Assembly (NCBI GenBank): GCA_042408785.1
Contig: JBHOQU010000032.1
Location: forward strand, 26,798-90,797
DNA from: Dehalococcoidia bacterium
GTDB taxonomy: Bacteria; Chloroflexota; Dehalococcoidia; JAUQQI01
Direction: 5' to 3'
Length of the DNA stretch: 64,000 nucleotides
Shown: positions 8,715 to 17,450 of the stretch, one piece after another
Position numbering within the stretch: position 1 is the first letter of the stretch
Layout of the letters: every line of letters starts with the position of its first letter
Position numbers and translations under genes: made by a program
The notes under the pieces: generated by a model
Databases searched by the model: none
What the model was told of the DNA's origin: nothing
Seen by the model: only the letters and a program-made list of their open reading frames with translations

Positions 8715-10244
8715 ATGGGCAAGTTCTTCGTCACTACCCCGATCTATTACGTCAACGACGTGCCCCACATCGGCCACGCCTACACCACCGTCGCGGCCGA
8801 TGTCCTGGCCCGTTTCCACCGCTGGCTGGGGGACGACGTCTTCTTCCTGACGGGCACCGACGAGCACGGGGTCAACATCTACCAGGTCGCCTCGGCCCAG
8901 GGGGTCGACCCCAAGGAGTGGGTGGACCGGGTCGCCGCCGAGTTTAAGCGGGCCTGGGCCGAGCTGCTCATAAGCAACGATTACTTTATCCGGACCACCG
9001 ACCCCCGCCACGAGGCCGGGGTTCGGGCCTTTATGGAGAAGCTTTACGCCAGCGGCGACATTTACCGGGGCCGGTACGAGGGCAAATACTGCGTCAACTG
9101 TGAGCGCTTTTACTCCGAAGACGAGCTCACCGACGGCCTCTGTCCCATCCACCTGCGGCCGCCGGTCTGGTACGCCGAAGATAACTACTTCTTCAGGCTC
9201 TCCAAATACGCCGACCGGCTCATTGCCGCCATCGAAAACCCCGAGGACCCCAACCACTATGAGGTCGAGCCCCCGGCCCGGCGCAACGAGGTGCTGGGGA
9301 AGATCCGGGCGGGCCTGCTGGACATAAGCATCTCCCGGGCAATCCCCTGGGGCATCCCCCTGCCCTTTGACCCGGACCAGACGGTTTACGTCTGGGTTGA
9401 CGCCCTCCTCAACTACATCACGGCCATCGGCTTCCACGACGACCCCGAAACCTTCGCCCGCTACTGGCCGGCGGAGCTGCACCTGATGGCCAAGGACATT
9501 GTGTGGTTCCACGCCGTCATCTGGCCGGCCCTGCTGATGGCGGTGGGCCTCAGGCCGCCCCGGCGGGTCTTCGCCCACGGCTTCTTCACCGTTAACGGCC
9601 AGAAGATGAGCAAGTCCCTGGGCAATGTCATCCGACCCCGGGACCTGGCCGCCCGGTTCGGGGTGGACGCAACCCGTTGGCTCCTGGTAAGCCAATTCCC
9701 CTTCGGCCAGGACGGGGACATCTCCGAGGGCCTGATGGTTCAGCGCTACAATGCCGAGCTGGCCAACGACCTGGGGAACCTGGTCAACCGAACCCTGGCC
9801 ATGATTAACCGCTACTGCGAGGGGGTTGTGCCCGAGCCGGGGCCGGAGGAGGGCCCGGATGCCGAGTTGAAGGCGGCCGCGGCCGGGGCCGGGCAGGCCC
9901 TGCAGACGGCCCTGCTCAGGCTCGATTTTTCGGGAGCGGTGGGGGCTATCAACGCCCTGGCGGCCCGGATTAACCGATACATCGAGGAGACGGCGCCCTG
10001 GAACCTCGCCCGGACGGACCGCCGTCGGCTGGGAACCGTCCTTTACAACCAGGCCGAGGCGCTTCGGGTTGTGGCCCACCTGGTTTCGCCCTTTATGCCC
10101 CAGGCCGCCGAAACCATTTGCCGCTACATTGGCTGGAAACTGGACCTTTCCCGGCCGCCGGCCGAGGTGGTCCGCTGGGGGCAGGTGCCGGCCCGGGTGC
10201 GGGTGGAGGCGAGCCCCAAGCCCCTCTTTCCACGTATCAGTTAA
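8715..10244 (+). CDS. metG: Methionine--tRNA ligase (short form without the C-terminal tRNA-binding domain)
   Basis: PIYYVNDVPHIGHAYTT (HIGH), a CxxC...CP zinc knuckle and KMSKSLGN. Start taken at MGKFFVTT. Confidence 0.93.
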   Translation: MGKFFVTTPIYYVNDVPHIGHAYTTVAADVLARFHRWLGDDVFFLTGTDEHGVNIYQVASAQGVDPKEWVDRVAAEFKRAWAELLISNDYFIRTTDPRHEAGVRAFMEKLYASGDIYRGRYEGKYCVNCERFYSEDELTDGLCPIHLRPPVWYAEDNYFFRLSKYADRLIAAIENPEDPNHYEVEPPARRNEVLGKIRAGLLDISISRAIPWGIPLPFDPDQTVYVWVDALLNYITAIGFHDDPETFARYWPAELHLMAKDIVWFHAVIWPALLMAVGLRPPRRVFAHGFFTVNGQKMSKSLGNVIRPRDLAARFGVDATRWLLVSQFPFGQDGDISEGLMVQRYNAELANDLGNLVNRTLAMINRYCEGVVPEPGPEEGPDAELKAAAAGAGQALQTALLRLDFSGAVGAINALAARINRYIEETAPWNLARTDRRRLGTVLYNQAEALRVVAHLVSPFMPQAAETICRYIGWKLDLSRPPAEVVRWGQVPARVRVEASPKPLFPRIS

Positions 10245-10269
10245 AACCACCCAGGCGAAGGAGGGCGAA

Positions 10270-10758
10270 GTGGCAACCCTTAAGGTCGGGCAGACGGCAC
10301 CGGATTTCAGCCTGCCGACCCTGGACGGAAGGACGGTCCGGCTGAAGGAGCTTCTTAAGGGCGGCCCGGCGGTCCTGGTGTTCTGGAAGGCCGGGTGTCG
10401 CGCCTGTGACCTGGCCTTTCCGTACCTGGACCGGCTGGCCGAGCTGGCGCCCGAGGTGCCCATAATTGCCGTCGGGCAGGAGACGGCCGACTCGGCCCGG
10501 GCCTACGTGGGGCGCCAGGGCCTCCGGCTTCCGGTGGCCCTGGATGGGCCGGACTACGCCGTGTCCCAGCTTTACGACCCGGCCTACACCCCGACCATCT
10601 TGCTGGTGGGCCCCGACGGCAAAATCAGCTTCCAAGCCGAGGGCTTTTCTAAGGCCGACCTTAATGCCCTGGCGGCCCGGGTCGCGGAACTCATCGGCCG
10701 GCCGGTGCCGGAGGTGGCCCCTGCCGAGGACGGGGTGCCGGCCTTTAGCCCCGGCTGA
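10270..10758 (+). CDS. Thioredoxin-fold thiol-disulfide oxidoreductase (redoxin / TlpA-like)
   Basis: GQTAPDFSLPTLDGRTVRL..VLVFWKAGCRAC CxxC motif. GTG start with a GGAGG RBS. The upstream part of the listed ORF overlaps the metG 3' end out of frame. Confidence 0.65.
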   Translation: MATLKVGQTAPDFSLPTLDGRTVRLKELLKGGPAVLVFWKAGCRACDLAFPYLDRLAELAPEVPIIAVGQETADSARAYVGRQGLRLPVALDGPDYAVSQLYDPAYTPTILLVGPDGKISFQAEGFSKADLNALAARVAELIGRPVPEVAPAEDGVPAFSPG

Positions 10759-10802
10759 ATTTCCAGGCATCGGACCCAGGCTAGGGTCCGGGGAAATTAG
10801 GA

Positions 10803-11357
10803 TTGGCCGCAAAGGATAGACCTTCCCGCCAGGCCAAGGTAACCACCCGCACCGGCGACGACGGGTACACAGGCCTGCTGGGGCCGGTTCGGGTGCCCAA
10901 ATACCATCCCCAGCCCGAGACGTACGGGACGGTCGACGAGGCCAGCTCGGCGCTGGGTCTGGCCCGGGCCCTGAGTCGGGACCCGCGGGCCCGGGAGATT
11001 ACCCGCCAGGTCCAAGAGGACTTCTACGTTATGATGGCGGAGCTTGCGGCCACGCCCGAGACCCGGGAGCGGCTTCCCCGCCGGATAACGGCCGAGGACG
11101 TAATTCGGCTGGAGGGCTGGATTGATGAGCTGAAGGGCCGGGTGGAAATCGGACCGAAGTTTATCATTCCGGGCGACTCGGTTTCCGGGGCCGCCTTCGA
11201 CCTGGCCCGCACCATCATTCGCCGGGCCGAGCGGCTGGTCGCCCGGCTTCTTCACGATGGGACGGTGACCAACCCCGAGATTTTAAAATATCTAAACCGG
11301 GCCTCGGACCTGGCCTTTGTCATCGCCCGGCTGGAGGATGCCGTTGCAGGCGGGTAG
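10803..11357 (+). CDS. PduO-type ATP:cob(I)alamin adenosyltransferase
   Basis: TRTGDDGYTGLLG N-terminal signature and overall PduO/MMAB pattern. Confidence 0.8.
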   Translation: MAAKDRPSRQAKVTTRTGDDGYTGLLGPVRVPKYHPQPETYGTVDEASSALGLARALSRDPRAREITRQVQEDFYVMMAELAATPETRERLPRRITAEDVIRLEGWIDELKGRVEIGPKFIIPGDSVSGAAFDLARTIIRRAERLVARLLHDGTVTNPEILKYLNRASDLAFVIARLEDAVAGG

Positions 11358-12072
11358 CGCCTCCCGAAAAGTCATTCCGACCGGGACGGTTGCCGAGAAC
11401 GTGGCGGCCGTTCGGGCCCGGATTGAGGCGGCGGCCCGGCGGGCCGGCCGCCCGCCGGAGCGGGTGCGGATTGTCGCCGTCAGCAAGGGTTTTGGTCCCG
11501 AAAAGATTGCGGAGGCGGTGGCCGCCGGAATAACCGACATCGGGGAGAACCGGCTGCAGGAGGCCCTGCCCAAGGTCGCTTGGCTCAACGAGCGGGGGGT
11601 CAGGGTCACCTGGCACTTTGTCGGCCACCTGCAGACCAACAAGGTCAAGGGGGTTCTGGCCCATTTTGACCTCATCCACTCGGTGGACTCAGTTCGGCTT
11701 GCCCAGGAGATTTCCCGGCGGGCGGACCGGCCGGTGCCGGTGCTCCTACAGGTTAACGTGGCGGCCGAGGCGACCAAAGGCGGCTTTATTCTAGAGCCGG
11801 TCCTGCCCGAACGGGAGCTTTTCTGGGCGGCCTGGGAGGTCATCCGGCGGCTGCCGAACCTGGAGATTCGGGGCCTGATGACCATCGCCCCCCAGGTGGA
11901 CGACCCGGAGGAGGTGCGGCCGGTCTTCCGGAGGCTCCGGGAGCTGGCCGAGAGGTTGGGCCTGCCGGAGCTTTCCATGGGCATGACCGAAGACTACGAG
12001 GTGGCGGTGGAGGAGGGGGCCACCATGGTCCGGCTGGGCCGGGCGGTCTTTGGGGAGCGGCCGGCGCGATGA
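11338..12072 (+). CDS. YggS-family pyridoxal-phosphate homeostasis protein (alanine-racemase-N-like fold)
   Basis: VRIVAVSKGFGPEKIAEAVAAGITDIGENRLQE ... HFVGHLQTNKVK pattern. Start position is uncertain and overlaps the pduO-like 3' end. Confidence 0.8.
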   Translation: MPLQAGSASRKVIPTGTVAENVAAVRARIEAAARRAGRPPERVRIVAVSKGFGPEKIAEAVAAGITDIGENRLQEALPKVAWLNERGVRVTWHFVGHLQTNKVKGVLAHFDLIHSVDSVRLAQEISRRADRPVPVLLQVNVAAEATKGGFILEPVLPERELFWAAWEVIRRLPNLEIRGLMTIAPQVDDPEEVRPVFRRLRELAERLGLPELSMGMTEDYEVAVEEGATMVRLGRAVFGERPAR

Positions 12073-12869
12073 AGCTGGGCATCATTGGGGGCGGGGTGAT
12101 GGGCGAGGCCTTTGTCGTGGGCCTCACCGCCCGGCAGATCGCGGCCCCGTCGCAGATCACCGTAAGCGATATCCGACAGGAGCGGCTTTGGGAGCTGGCC
12201 GAGCGGTATGGGGTTGGGGTCACGGTCAGCAACGCCGAGTGCGTCCGGGGCCGGGATGTGGTGATCCTGGCCGTAAAACCCCAGTCGTTGCCCGAGGTCT
12301 ACGCCGACCTGCACGGCCGGCTGGACCCGGACCAGCTCGTTATATCCATCGTGGCCGGCGCCCGCCTCGCCCAGCTCAGCCTGGGCCTCGGCCACGAGCC
12401 CATCGTTCGGGTGATGCCGAATCTGCCGGCCCAGATCGGGGAGGGAATCAGCGTCTGGACGGCCGCCCCGGCGGTTTCGGCCCAACAGCGGGAGGTGACC
12501 TGCCGGATTCTGGGCGCCCTCGGCCGGGAGGTGTGGGTGCCGGACGAGCTCTATATCGACATGGCCACGGCCGTAAGCGGCAGCGGTCCGGCCTACGTTT
12601 TTCTTTTTATGGAGGCGATGGTGGACGGGGCCGTCCACATCGGCCTGCCCCGGGAGGTCGCCCGGGAGCTGGTCATTCAGTCCTTCATCGGGGCCGCCCT
12701 CTTTGCCCGCCAGAGCGGCCGACACCTGGCCGAGCTAAAAAACATGGTGACCTCACCCGGGGGAACCACCACCGAAGGCCTTTTAATGCTGGAGGATGCG
12801 GCCGTCCGGGCGGCCATCATCCGGGGGATCGCCGCCGCTTACGAGAAATCCCAAAAGCTGGGGCGGTAA
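12069..12869 (+). CDS. proC: Pyrroline-5-carboxylate reductase
   Basis: MKLGIIGGGVMGEA Rossmann motif and TSPGGTTTEGL ProC signature. ATGA overlap with the yggS-like stop. Confidence 0.9.
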   Translation: MKLGIIGGGVMGEAFVVGLTARQIAAPSQITVSDIRQERLWELAERYGVGVTVSNAECVRGRDVVILAVKPQSLPEVYADLHGRLDPDQLVISIVAGARLAQLSLGLGHEPIVRVMPNLPAQIGEGISVWTAAPAVSAQQREVTCRILGALGREVWVPDELYIDMATAVSGSGPAYVFLFMEAMVDGAVHIGLPREVARELVIQSFIGAALFARQSGRHLAELKNMVTSPGGTTTEGLLMLEDAAVRAAIIRGIAAAYEKSQKLGR

Positions 12870-13136
12870 ATGTCCATTCAGGAGCTGTTAATAACCTTTG
12901 TCGCCTATCTCTTTCAGCTGTTGAGCGCCGCCATCTTCATCCGGGCCCTGCTCTCCTGGTTTCCCATCAGCCGGGACAACCCCCTAGTGGTGTTTTTAGA
13001 CCGGGTGACCGAGCCCATCCTGGCGCCCCTGCGCCGGGTGATTCCGCCCATCGGCGGGGTAATGGACATAACCCCCATTGTGGCCATTTTGCTCCTGCAG
13101 TTCCTATCGCAGATCCTGTTCGACGCCCTCCGCTAG
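12870..13136 (+). CDS. YggT-family small membrane protein
   Basis: 88 aa, two TM segments. Its position immediately after proC matches the yggS-proC-yggT (ylmE-ylmG) arrangement. Confidence 0.7.
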   Translation: MSIQELLITFVAYLFQLLSAAIFIRALLSWFPISRDNPLVVFLDRVTEPILAPLRRVIPPIGGVMDITPIVAILLLQFLSQILFDALR

Positions 13137-14258
13137 GTCCCCTTCGGGGCTGACATAGACCCGGGCCACCCGGGGCGTGAGCCGGGTAAGAAGCTCGTAG
13201 GGGATCGTTTCCGCCAGTTCGGCCAGCTCCTCCAGCCGGACCTCCTCATCGCCCTGGCGGCCCACCAGCACCACCTCATCCCCCACCCCTACCTTCGGCA
13301 GGCCGCTTACGTCCACGGTGAGCAGGTCCATAGAAACCCGGCCCACCAGCGGGCAACGCCGACCCCGGATAAGCACAAAGCCCCGGTTGGAAAGGTGACG
13401 GGGGTAGCCGTCGCCGTAGCCGCAGGCCACCAGGGCCACCCGCGTCGGCCGGGCTGCCACCCAGGTCCGGCCGTAGCCGACGCCCTCGCCCGGCCCGACC
13501 TCGTGGACCCGGACGACCCGGCTTTTGAGGGTGAGGGCCGGCCGGAGGGGAACGGTCCGGCCGACGTGCTTTGAGGGGTAGTAACCGTAGATTCCGAGGC
13601 CGGCCCGCACCAGGTCCAGCCGAAGCTCCGGCAGGTCCAGGGCCGCGGCGGTGTTGGCCGCATGCCGGAGGAACACCGGCGGAAGGCCGGCCAGAACCTC
13701 CCGGAGGAGGGCAAGCTGCCGGTAAGCGAAGCTTTTATCGGCCTCATCGGCCGTAGCCAGGTGGGTCCAGACGCCTTCGACCCGGAGTTGCGGGTAGCGG
13801 CTGAGGCACCGGATAAAAGGTCCGACTTCGGCCGGGGAGATACCGTAGCGGTGGAGGCCGGTGTCGACCTTCACGTGGACGGCCACCGGCCCCGACCCCG
13901 CCGCCCGGGCGAGGGCCTCGGCCAGCTCGAGGTGGCAGACGGTCGGGGTGAGCCGGGCCCGGACGACCTCGGGGGCAAGGGAGGGCAAGGTTGGGCCGAG
14001 GATGAGGATCGGGGCGTCGATGCCCTGGGCCCGTAACGCCAGGCCCTCTTCGGGCCGGGCCACGCACAGGCCCGCCGCCCCGTTTTCCAGGGCGGTCCGG
14101 GCCACGGGTTCAGCCCCGAGGCCGTAGCCGTCGGCCTTTACCACCGCAAAGAGGCGGGCGGGGTGGACCAGGCGGGCGAGGTTACGGGTGTTGGCGGCGA
14201 CAGCTTCGAGGTTAACTTCGGCCCAGACCAGGCGCCGGTTCAGGGGACCAGGGTCCAC
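13104..14258 (-). CDS. alr: Alanine racemase
   Basis: AVVKADGYGLG PLP-lysine motif and the overall Alr pattern including the C-terminal beta domain. Confidence 0.9.
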   Translation of the reverse strand: MDPGPLNRRLVWAEVNLEAVAANTRNLARLVHPARLFAVVKADGYGLGAEPVARTALENGAAGLCVARPEEGLALRAQGIDAPILILGPTLPSLAPEVVRARLTPTVCHLELAEALARAAGSGPVAVHVKVDTGLHRYGISPAEVGPFIRCLSRYPQLRVEGVWTHLATADEADKSFAYRQLALLREVLAGLPPVFLRHAANTAAALDLPELRLDLVRAGLGIYGYYPSKHVGRTVPLRPALTLKSRVVRVHEVGPGEGVGYGRTWVAARPTRVALVACGYGDGYPRHLSNRGFVLIRGRRCPLVGRVSMDLLTVDVSGLPKVGVGDEVVLVGRQGDEEVRLEELAELAETIPYELLTRLTPRVARVYVSPEGDLAEGVEQDLR

Positions 14259-14725
14259 TCCACCGGGAGCTGGTAACGGAGCACCCGCCGGACTGAGCCG
14301 TCCTCGGCCCGGACCCGAACCCGGCCGACCCGGCGGATTTCGGCGTAGGTGTTCTGAATCTGGACGATGCGGCGGGCGGTCAGGTTAAACAGAACAACCC
14401 CGGCCCGGGCCGGCCTGAGGCTGACCTCCCGGGTCACCTCGTCGACGACCCGGAAGACGGGCTGCTCCCGGGGGGAACTGCGGGCGAGGGCCTCGTGGAT
14501 CTGGCGGTAGTTGCTTGGGCTATTATGTTCATCGAAGACGGCCAGGCCGGCCTCAACATAATCCCGGAGCCAGGGGTAATACTCGCCGGCGAAGGCGAGG
14601 AACTGCCGGAGGTTATGGGGGTTTCGGGAGCAGGCCGCCACCAGGGCGGGGAGGGCATCACAGGGCGCCACGAAGCTTACGGTGCCGTCTGAATCCACTA
14701 CGGTGAAGCGCATGACGTCGTTCAT
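14240..14725 (-). CDS. Hypothetical protein of 161 aa with no recognisable family, co-oriented with and overlapping alr
   Basis: Clean ATG start (MNDVMRF) and a 19 nt overlap with the alr start. A candidate promoter lies just upstream. Confidence 0.5.
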   Translation of the reverse strand: MNDVMRFTVVDSDGTVSFVAPCDALPALVAACSRNPHNLRQFLAFAGEYYPWLRDYVEAGLAVFDEHNSPSNYRQIHEALARSSPREQPVFRVVDEVTREVSLRPARAGVVLFNLTARRIVQIQNTYAEIRRVGRVRVRAEDGSVRRVLRYQLPVEWTLVP

Positions 14726-14739
14726 ATCCGGCCGATTTC

Positions 14740-14769
14740 AGTCTACCAGCCGTTAATAACCGGTGTCAA
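14740..14769 (-). promoter_or_regulatory. Candidate promoter for the hypothetical-alr operon (TTGACA, 18 nt spacer, TAGACT on the minus strand)
   Basis: Complement of 14764-14769 is TTGACA and complement of 14740-14745 is TAGACT, about 15 nt upstream of the ATG. Confidence 0.3.
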
Positions 14770-14850
14770 AGGCGGGAGGGGACGGCCGGGCTTTTCAGTT
14801 TATTCGCCCAAGTGCTAGCAGTCAGTGGCTGGTTTATTAGTTGTATAGTT

Positions 14851-14864
14851 GCACGACCGTGCGC
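14851..14864. repeat. Palindrome-family copy A (GCACGACCGTGCGC)
   Basis: Imperfect copy of the GCACGGCCGTGC palindrome also present at 14996-15012 and 49401-49420. Confidence 0.5.
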
Positions 14865-14890
14865 TCTTATAGGGGGCCGGCTTCCGCGCC

Positions 14891-14977
14891 CTATTGCCAG
14901 GGCCGGAAAGGCCTGGGGGACCGCCAGGGGTTTGCCGTTTATTGCCGGTCTCATTGCCAGGCGGTGCCTGGCAATAG
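14891..14977. repeat. Cluster of ATTGCCAGG direct and inverted repeats forming alternative hairpins
   Basis: CTATTGCCAGG (14891-14901) and CATTGCCAGGC (14952-14962) are both complementary to GCCTGGCAATAG (14966-14977). A CCAGGGCC-GGAAA-GGCCTGG hairpin lies at 14898-14919 and a TTATTGCC repeat at 14939. Confidence 0.5.
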
Positions 14978-14995
14978 TCAGACGGGCCGTATGGG

Positions 14996-15012
14996 GTCAC
15001 GGCCGTGCGCAC
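14996..15012. repeat. Palindrome-family copy B (GTCACGGCCGTGCGCAC)
   Basis: Core CACGGCCGTG palindrome with GCG extension; related to 49401-49420. Confidence 0.5.
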
Positions 15013-15098
15013 CATAAACCATAAGTGGTAACCTGGTAGTAGCAGTGACAATAACCGGAGCGCGGTTGGCGGGCCGGATTGAGGCGCAGGATGTTGCG

Positions 15099-15172
15099 GC
15101 GCGCCCGGAGGGATTCGAACCCCCGACCCTCTGGTCCGAAGCCAGATGCTCTAGTCCGCTGAGCTACGGGCG
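15099..15172 (-). tRNA. tRNA-Arg (anticodon UCG)
   Basis: Reverse complement folds as a cloverleaf: acceptor GCGCCCG/CGGGCGC, D-arm GCTC..GAGC, anticodon stem TCTGG/CCAGA with loop CTTCGGA, T-arm GGGGG-TTCGAAT-CCCTC. CC but not A of CCA is encoded. Confidence 0.8.
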
Positions 15173-15183
15173 CAGGGGAGCGG

Positions 15184-15256
15184 GGTGGGTGATGGGATTC
15201 GAACCCACAACCTCCTGAGCCACAGTCAGGCGCTCTGCCGTTGAGCTACACCCACC
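15184..15256 (-). tRNA. tRNA-His (anticodon GUG) with encoded G-1 and C73 discriminator
   Basis: Reverse complement is G-GTGGGTG-TA-GCTC..GAGC-G-CCTGA-CTGTGGC-TCAGG-AGGTT-GTGGG-TTCGAAT-CCCAT-CACCCAC-C. Anticodon loop CTGTGGC gives GTG. It sits 11 nt upstream of tRNA-Arg on the same strand. Confidence 0.85.
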
Positions 15257-15284
15257 GTCGGCCCAACAGGGCACGCCCTAGAAA

Positions 15285-15290
15285 ATTATA
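15285..15290 (-). promoter_or_regulatory. Candidate -10 (TATAAT) for the tRNA-His/tRNA-Arg transcript
   Basis: Perfect TATAAT on the minus strand 28 nt upstream of the tRNA-His 5' end; the -35 is weak. Confidence 0.25.
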
Positions 15291-15389
15291 CCGAAAACCC
15301 GGAAGCCCCGCGGCTAATAATCCGGCCCTGGTCTGCCGATAGCTGATCGTGGCATAATGCAACTGCTTGCGGAGTGTTGCTGAGCGAAG

Positions 15390-16226
15390 ATGAGGACCAG
15401 GGCTTACCTGCTTTCTCTCCTAGCCCTCGGCATTCTGGTGCTGAGCAGCCGCACCGGCCAGGCCGAAAACCGGTCCCAGTCCCCAAGACTTTCGGTCCCA
15501 GCCCAGAGGCTCCAGACCCAGGCCGGATTTCGGGTGCTCCTCCCGGCTGTTTTTTACGCCCAGCCGCCGGCCTGCGACCCCATCCCCGGCCAGCAGTACG
15601 AAGCGATACCCATTGAGGGAAAGCCCATCACCAGCCCGCCGGCCGAACAGCATCCGGACATCAACGCCCTGGCCGTGCGCGGGTATGTTTTAACCAACGA
15701 AGCAAAAACCTTAATCGATTACGGCGGCCATACCGACCCGGGCGCGCCCCGGCTGTACAGCCTCTTCCTGGACAATAGGGTGCCCCAGTTTCCCAATGTT
15801 TACAAAGTCTATAACTGGGACTGGGACCGAATGGTCCGCACCACGCCCATCACGACCCCGCCGGTAACCCTCCTGGGCATGGGTACCAGTCGGGGCGAGG
15901 TGCTCCGGCTTCCCTGGCGCAATGCCTCCGACATCTACCAGGGCACATACTGGGCCCTGGTGCTCTACGCCTCAACCGAGCGGATAACCTTGGTTTACAC
16001 CCGCTTCGATACGGTGGCCTGGGGTTACACCATCCACGTCGAGGGTCTCTGCGTCGAGCCCGGCCTCCTCAACCTCTACCAACAGCAGAATGCGGCGGGA
16101 CGGCGGAACCTTCCGGCCCTGAAACAGCAGCAGCCTTTCGGCCGGGCCAACGGGGCCGAAATAAAAGTTGCCATCCGGGATACGGGCTCCTTTATGGACC
16201 CCCGGTCCCGCAAGGACTGGTGGTAG
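15390..16226 (+). CDS. Secreted hypothetical protein (signal peptide, no recognisable domain)
   Basis: MRTRAYLLSLLALGILVLSSRTGQA signal peptide. No known motifs. Confidence 0.5.
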   Translation: MRTRAYLLSLLALGILVLSSRTGQAENRSQSPRLSVPAQRLQTQAGFRVLLPAVFYAQPPACDPIPGQQYEAIPIEGKPITSPPAEQHPDINALAVRGYVLTNEAKTLIDYGGHTDPGAPRLYSLFLDNRVPQFPNVYKVYNWDWDRMVRTTPITTPPVTLLGMGTSRGEVLRLPWRNASDIYQGTYWALVLYASTERITLVYTRFDTVAWGYTIHVEGLCVEPGLLNLYQQQNAAGRRNLPALKQQQPFGRANGAEIKVAIRDTGSFMDPRSRKDWW

Positions 16227-16331
16227 GACGGGCGGGCTTTGCGATTATCAATTGCCGGCAGCTGGCGGCTGGTTTAGGTGTCGGGACCCCCGGTCGTACA
16301 CGGAAGATAGCCGGAAAGCCCTGTCGGCCCC

Positions 16332-17450
16332 TTAAAGGCCGTGGATGGGGAAGATGAGCTGTTTTACCAGTTCGACGCTGGCCTGGGCAAAGGCCCGGAT
16401 GTCGGCCCCCAGCTTTTCGGGGAGCGGATTGGGTACGGGGTCCCGAAGCCGCCGGCCCACCAGCCCGTGGAACTGGGCCGGGACGTCGTCGGGCAGCTCG
16501 ATGCCCCCAAACTCGGCGTAAGCAAGGGCCCAGGCCCGAGGGACGACGCTCAGGTTGTAGCCGCCGCCCCCCAGGGCCACCAGCCGGGGGCAGAAACGGA
16601 TGATGCGTCGGACGGCCTCGATGAAGCCGTAGGTGGTGAGGGCCAGGTGGGTAAGAGGGTCGTCCCGGTGGGTATCCACCCCGAGCTGAGCCACGACCAC
16701 ATCGGGCTTGAAGGCCTCGATAAGGGGGGGCACGACCTGGTCGAAGGCCCAGAGCCAGACCTCGTCGTCGGTGTAGGGGGCCAGGGGGATGTTCACCGAG
16801 TAGCCCCGGCCCTTGCCCGTCCCGATTTCCTGGACGTCGCCGGTGCCGGGGAATAAGAATCGACCCGCCTCGTGGATGGAGATGGTCAGGACCCGGTCGG
16901 TGCCATAAAAAATGTACTGGACACCGTCGCCGTGGTGGGCGTCGATGTCGATGTAGGCCACCCGGTAGCCCCGGTTGACGAGGTGGGCAATTACGATGGC
17001 GGGGTCGTTAAAGATACAAAAGCCCGAGGCCCGGTCGGGCATGGCGTGGTGGAGGCCGCCGGCAATGTTGAAGGCCACCGGGAAGGTGCCCTCCACCACC
17101 AGCTCCATGGCCTTAAGGCTGGCCCCAACCACCAGCTTGGAAGCCTCATACATTCCGGGGAACACCGGGTTGTCGCCCCAGTCGGAAAAGTTGTAGCGGG
17201 CGGGGTTGTACCGGCGCTCGCCCCGGCTGAGGCTTTTCACGGCCTCGATGTATTCGGGGTCGTGGACGAGGCGCAGGTCGTCATCGGTGGCCTCGCCGGG
17301 GGCCACCAGCTCGGTGTTTTCCAGCTTGAAAACCCCGTAGGCTTCTAAAAGCTCATAAGTGTGCCGATATCTGACCGGCTTTAACGGGTGGTCTGGACGG
17401 TAAACGTGCCGGGAGAGGGCGTCATCGTAGACGAAGGCCGCCCGCCTCAT
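16332..17450 (-). CDS. acuC: Histone deacetylase-family protein (acetoin utilisation AcuC-like)
   Basis: HHGDGVQ metal-binding motif, GFCIFND motif and the overall class I HDAC/AcuC pattern. Confidence 0.8.
   Translation of the reverse strand: MRRAAFVYDDALSRHVYRPDHPLKPVRYRHTYELLEAYGVFKLENTELVAPGEATDDDLRLVHDPEYIEAVKSLSRGERRYNPARYNFSDWGDNPVFPGMYEASKLVVGASLKAMELVVEGTFPVAFNIAGGLHHAMPDRASGFCIFNDPAIVIAHLVNRGYRVAYIDIDAHHGDGVQYIFYGTDRVLTISIHEAGRFLFPGTGDVQEIGTGKGRGYSVNIPLAPYTDDEVWLWAFDQVVPPLIEAFKPDVVVAQLGVDTHRDDPLTHLALTTYGFIEAVRRIIRFCPRLVALGGGGYNLSVVPRAWALAYAEFGGIELPDDVPAQFHGLVGRRLRDPVPNPLPEKLGADIRAFAQASVELVKQLIFPIHGL

Noticed and set aside
8646-10463. 605 aa minus-strand ORF antisense to metG
   Set aside because: Long antisense frame kept open by GC-rich codon structure. 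No motifs; metG on the plus strand is unambiguous.
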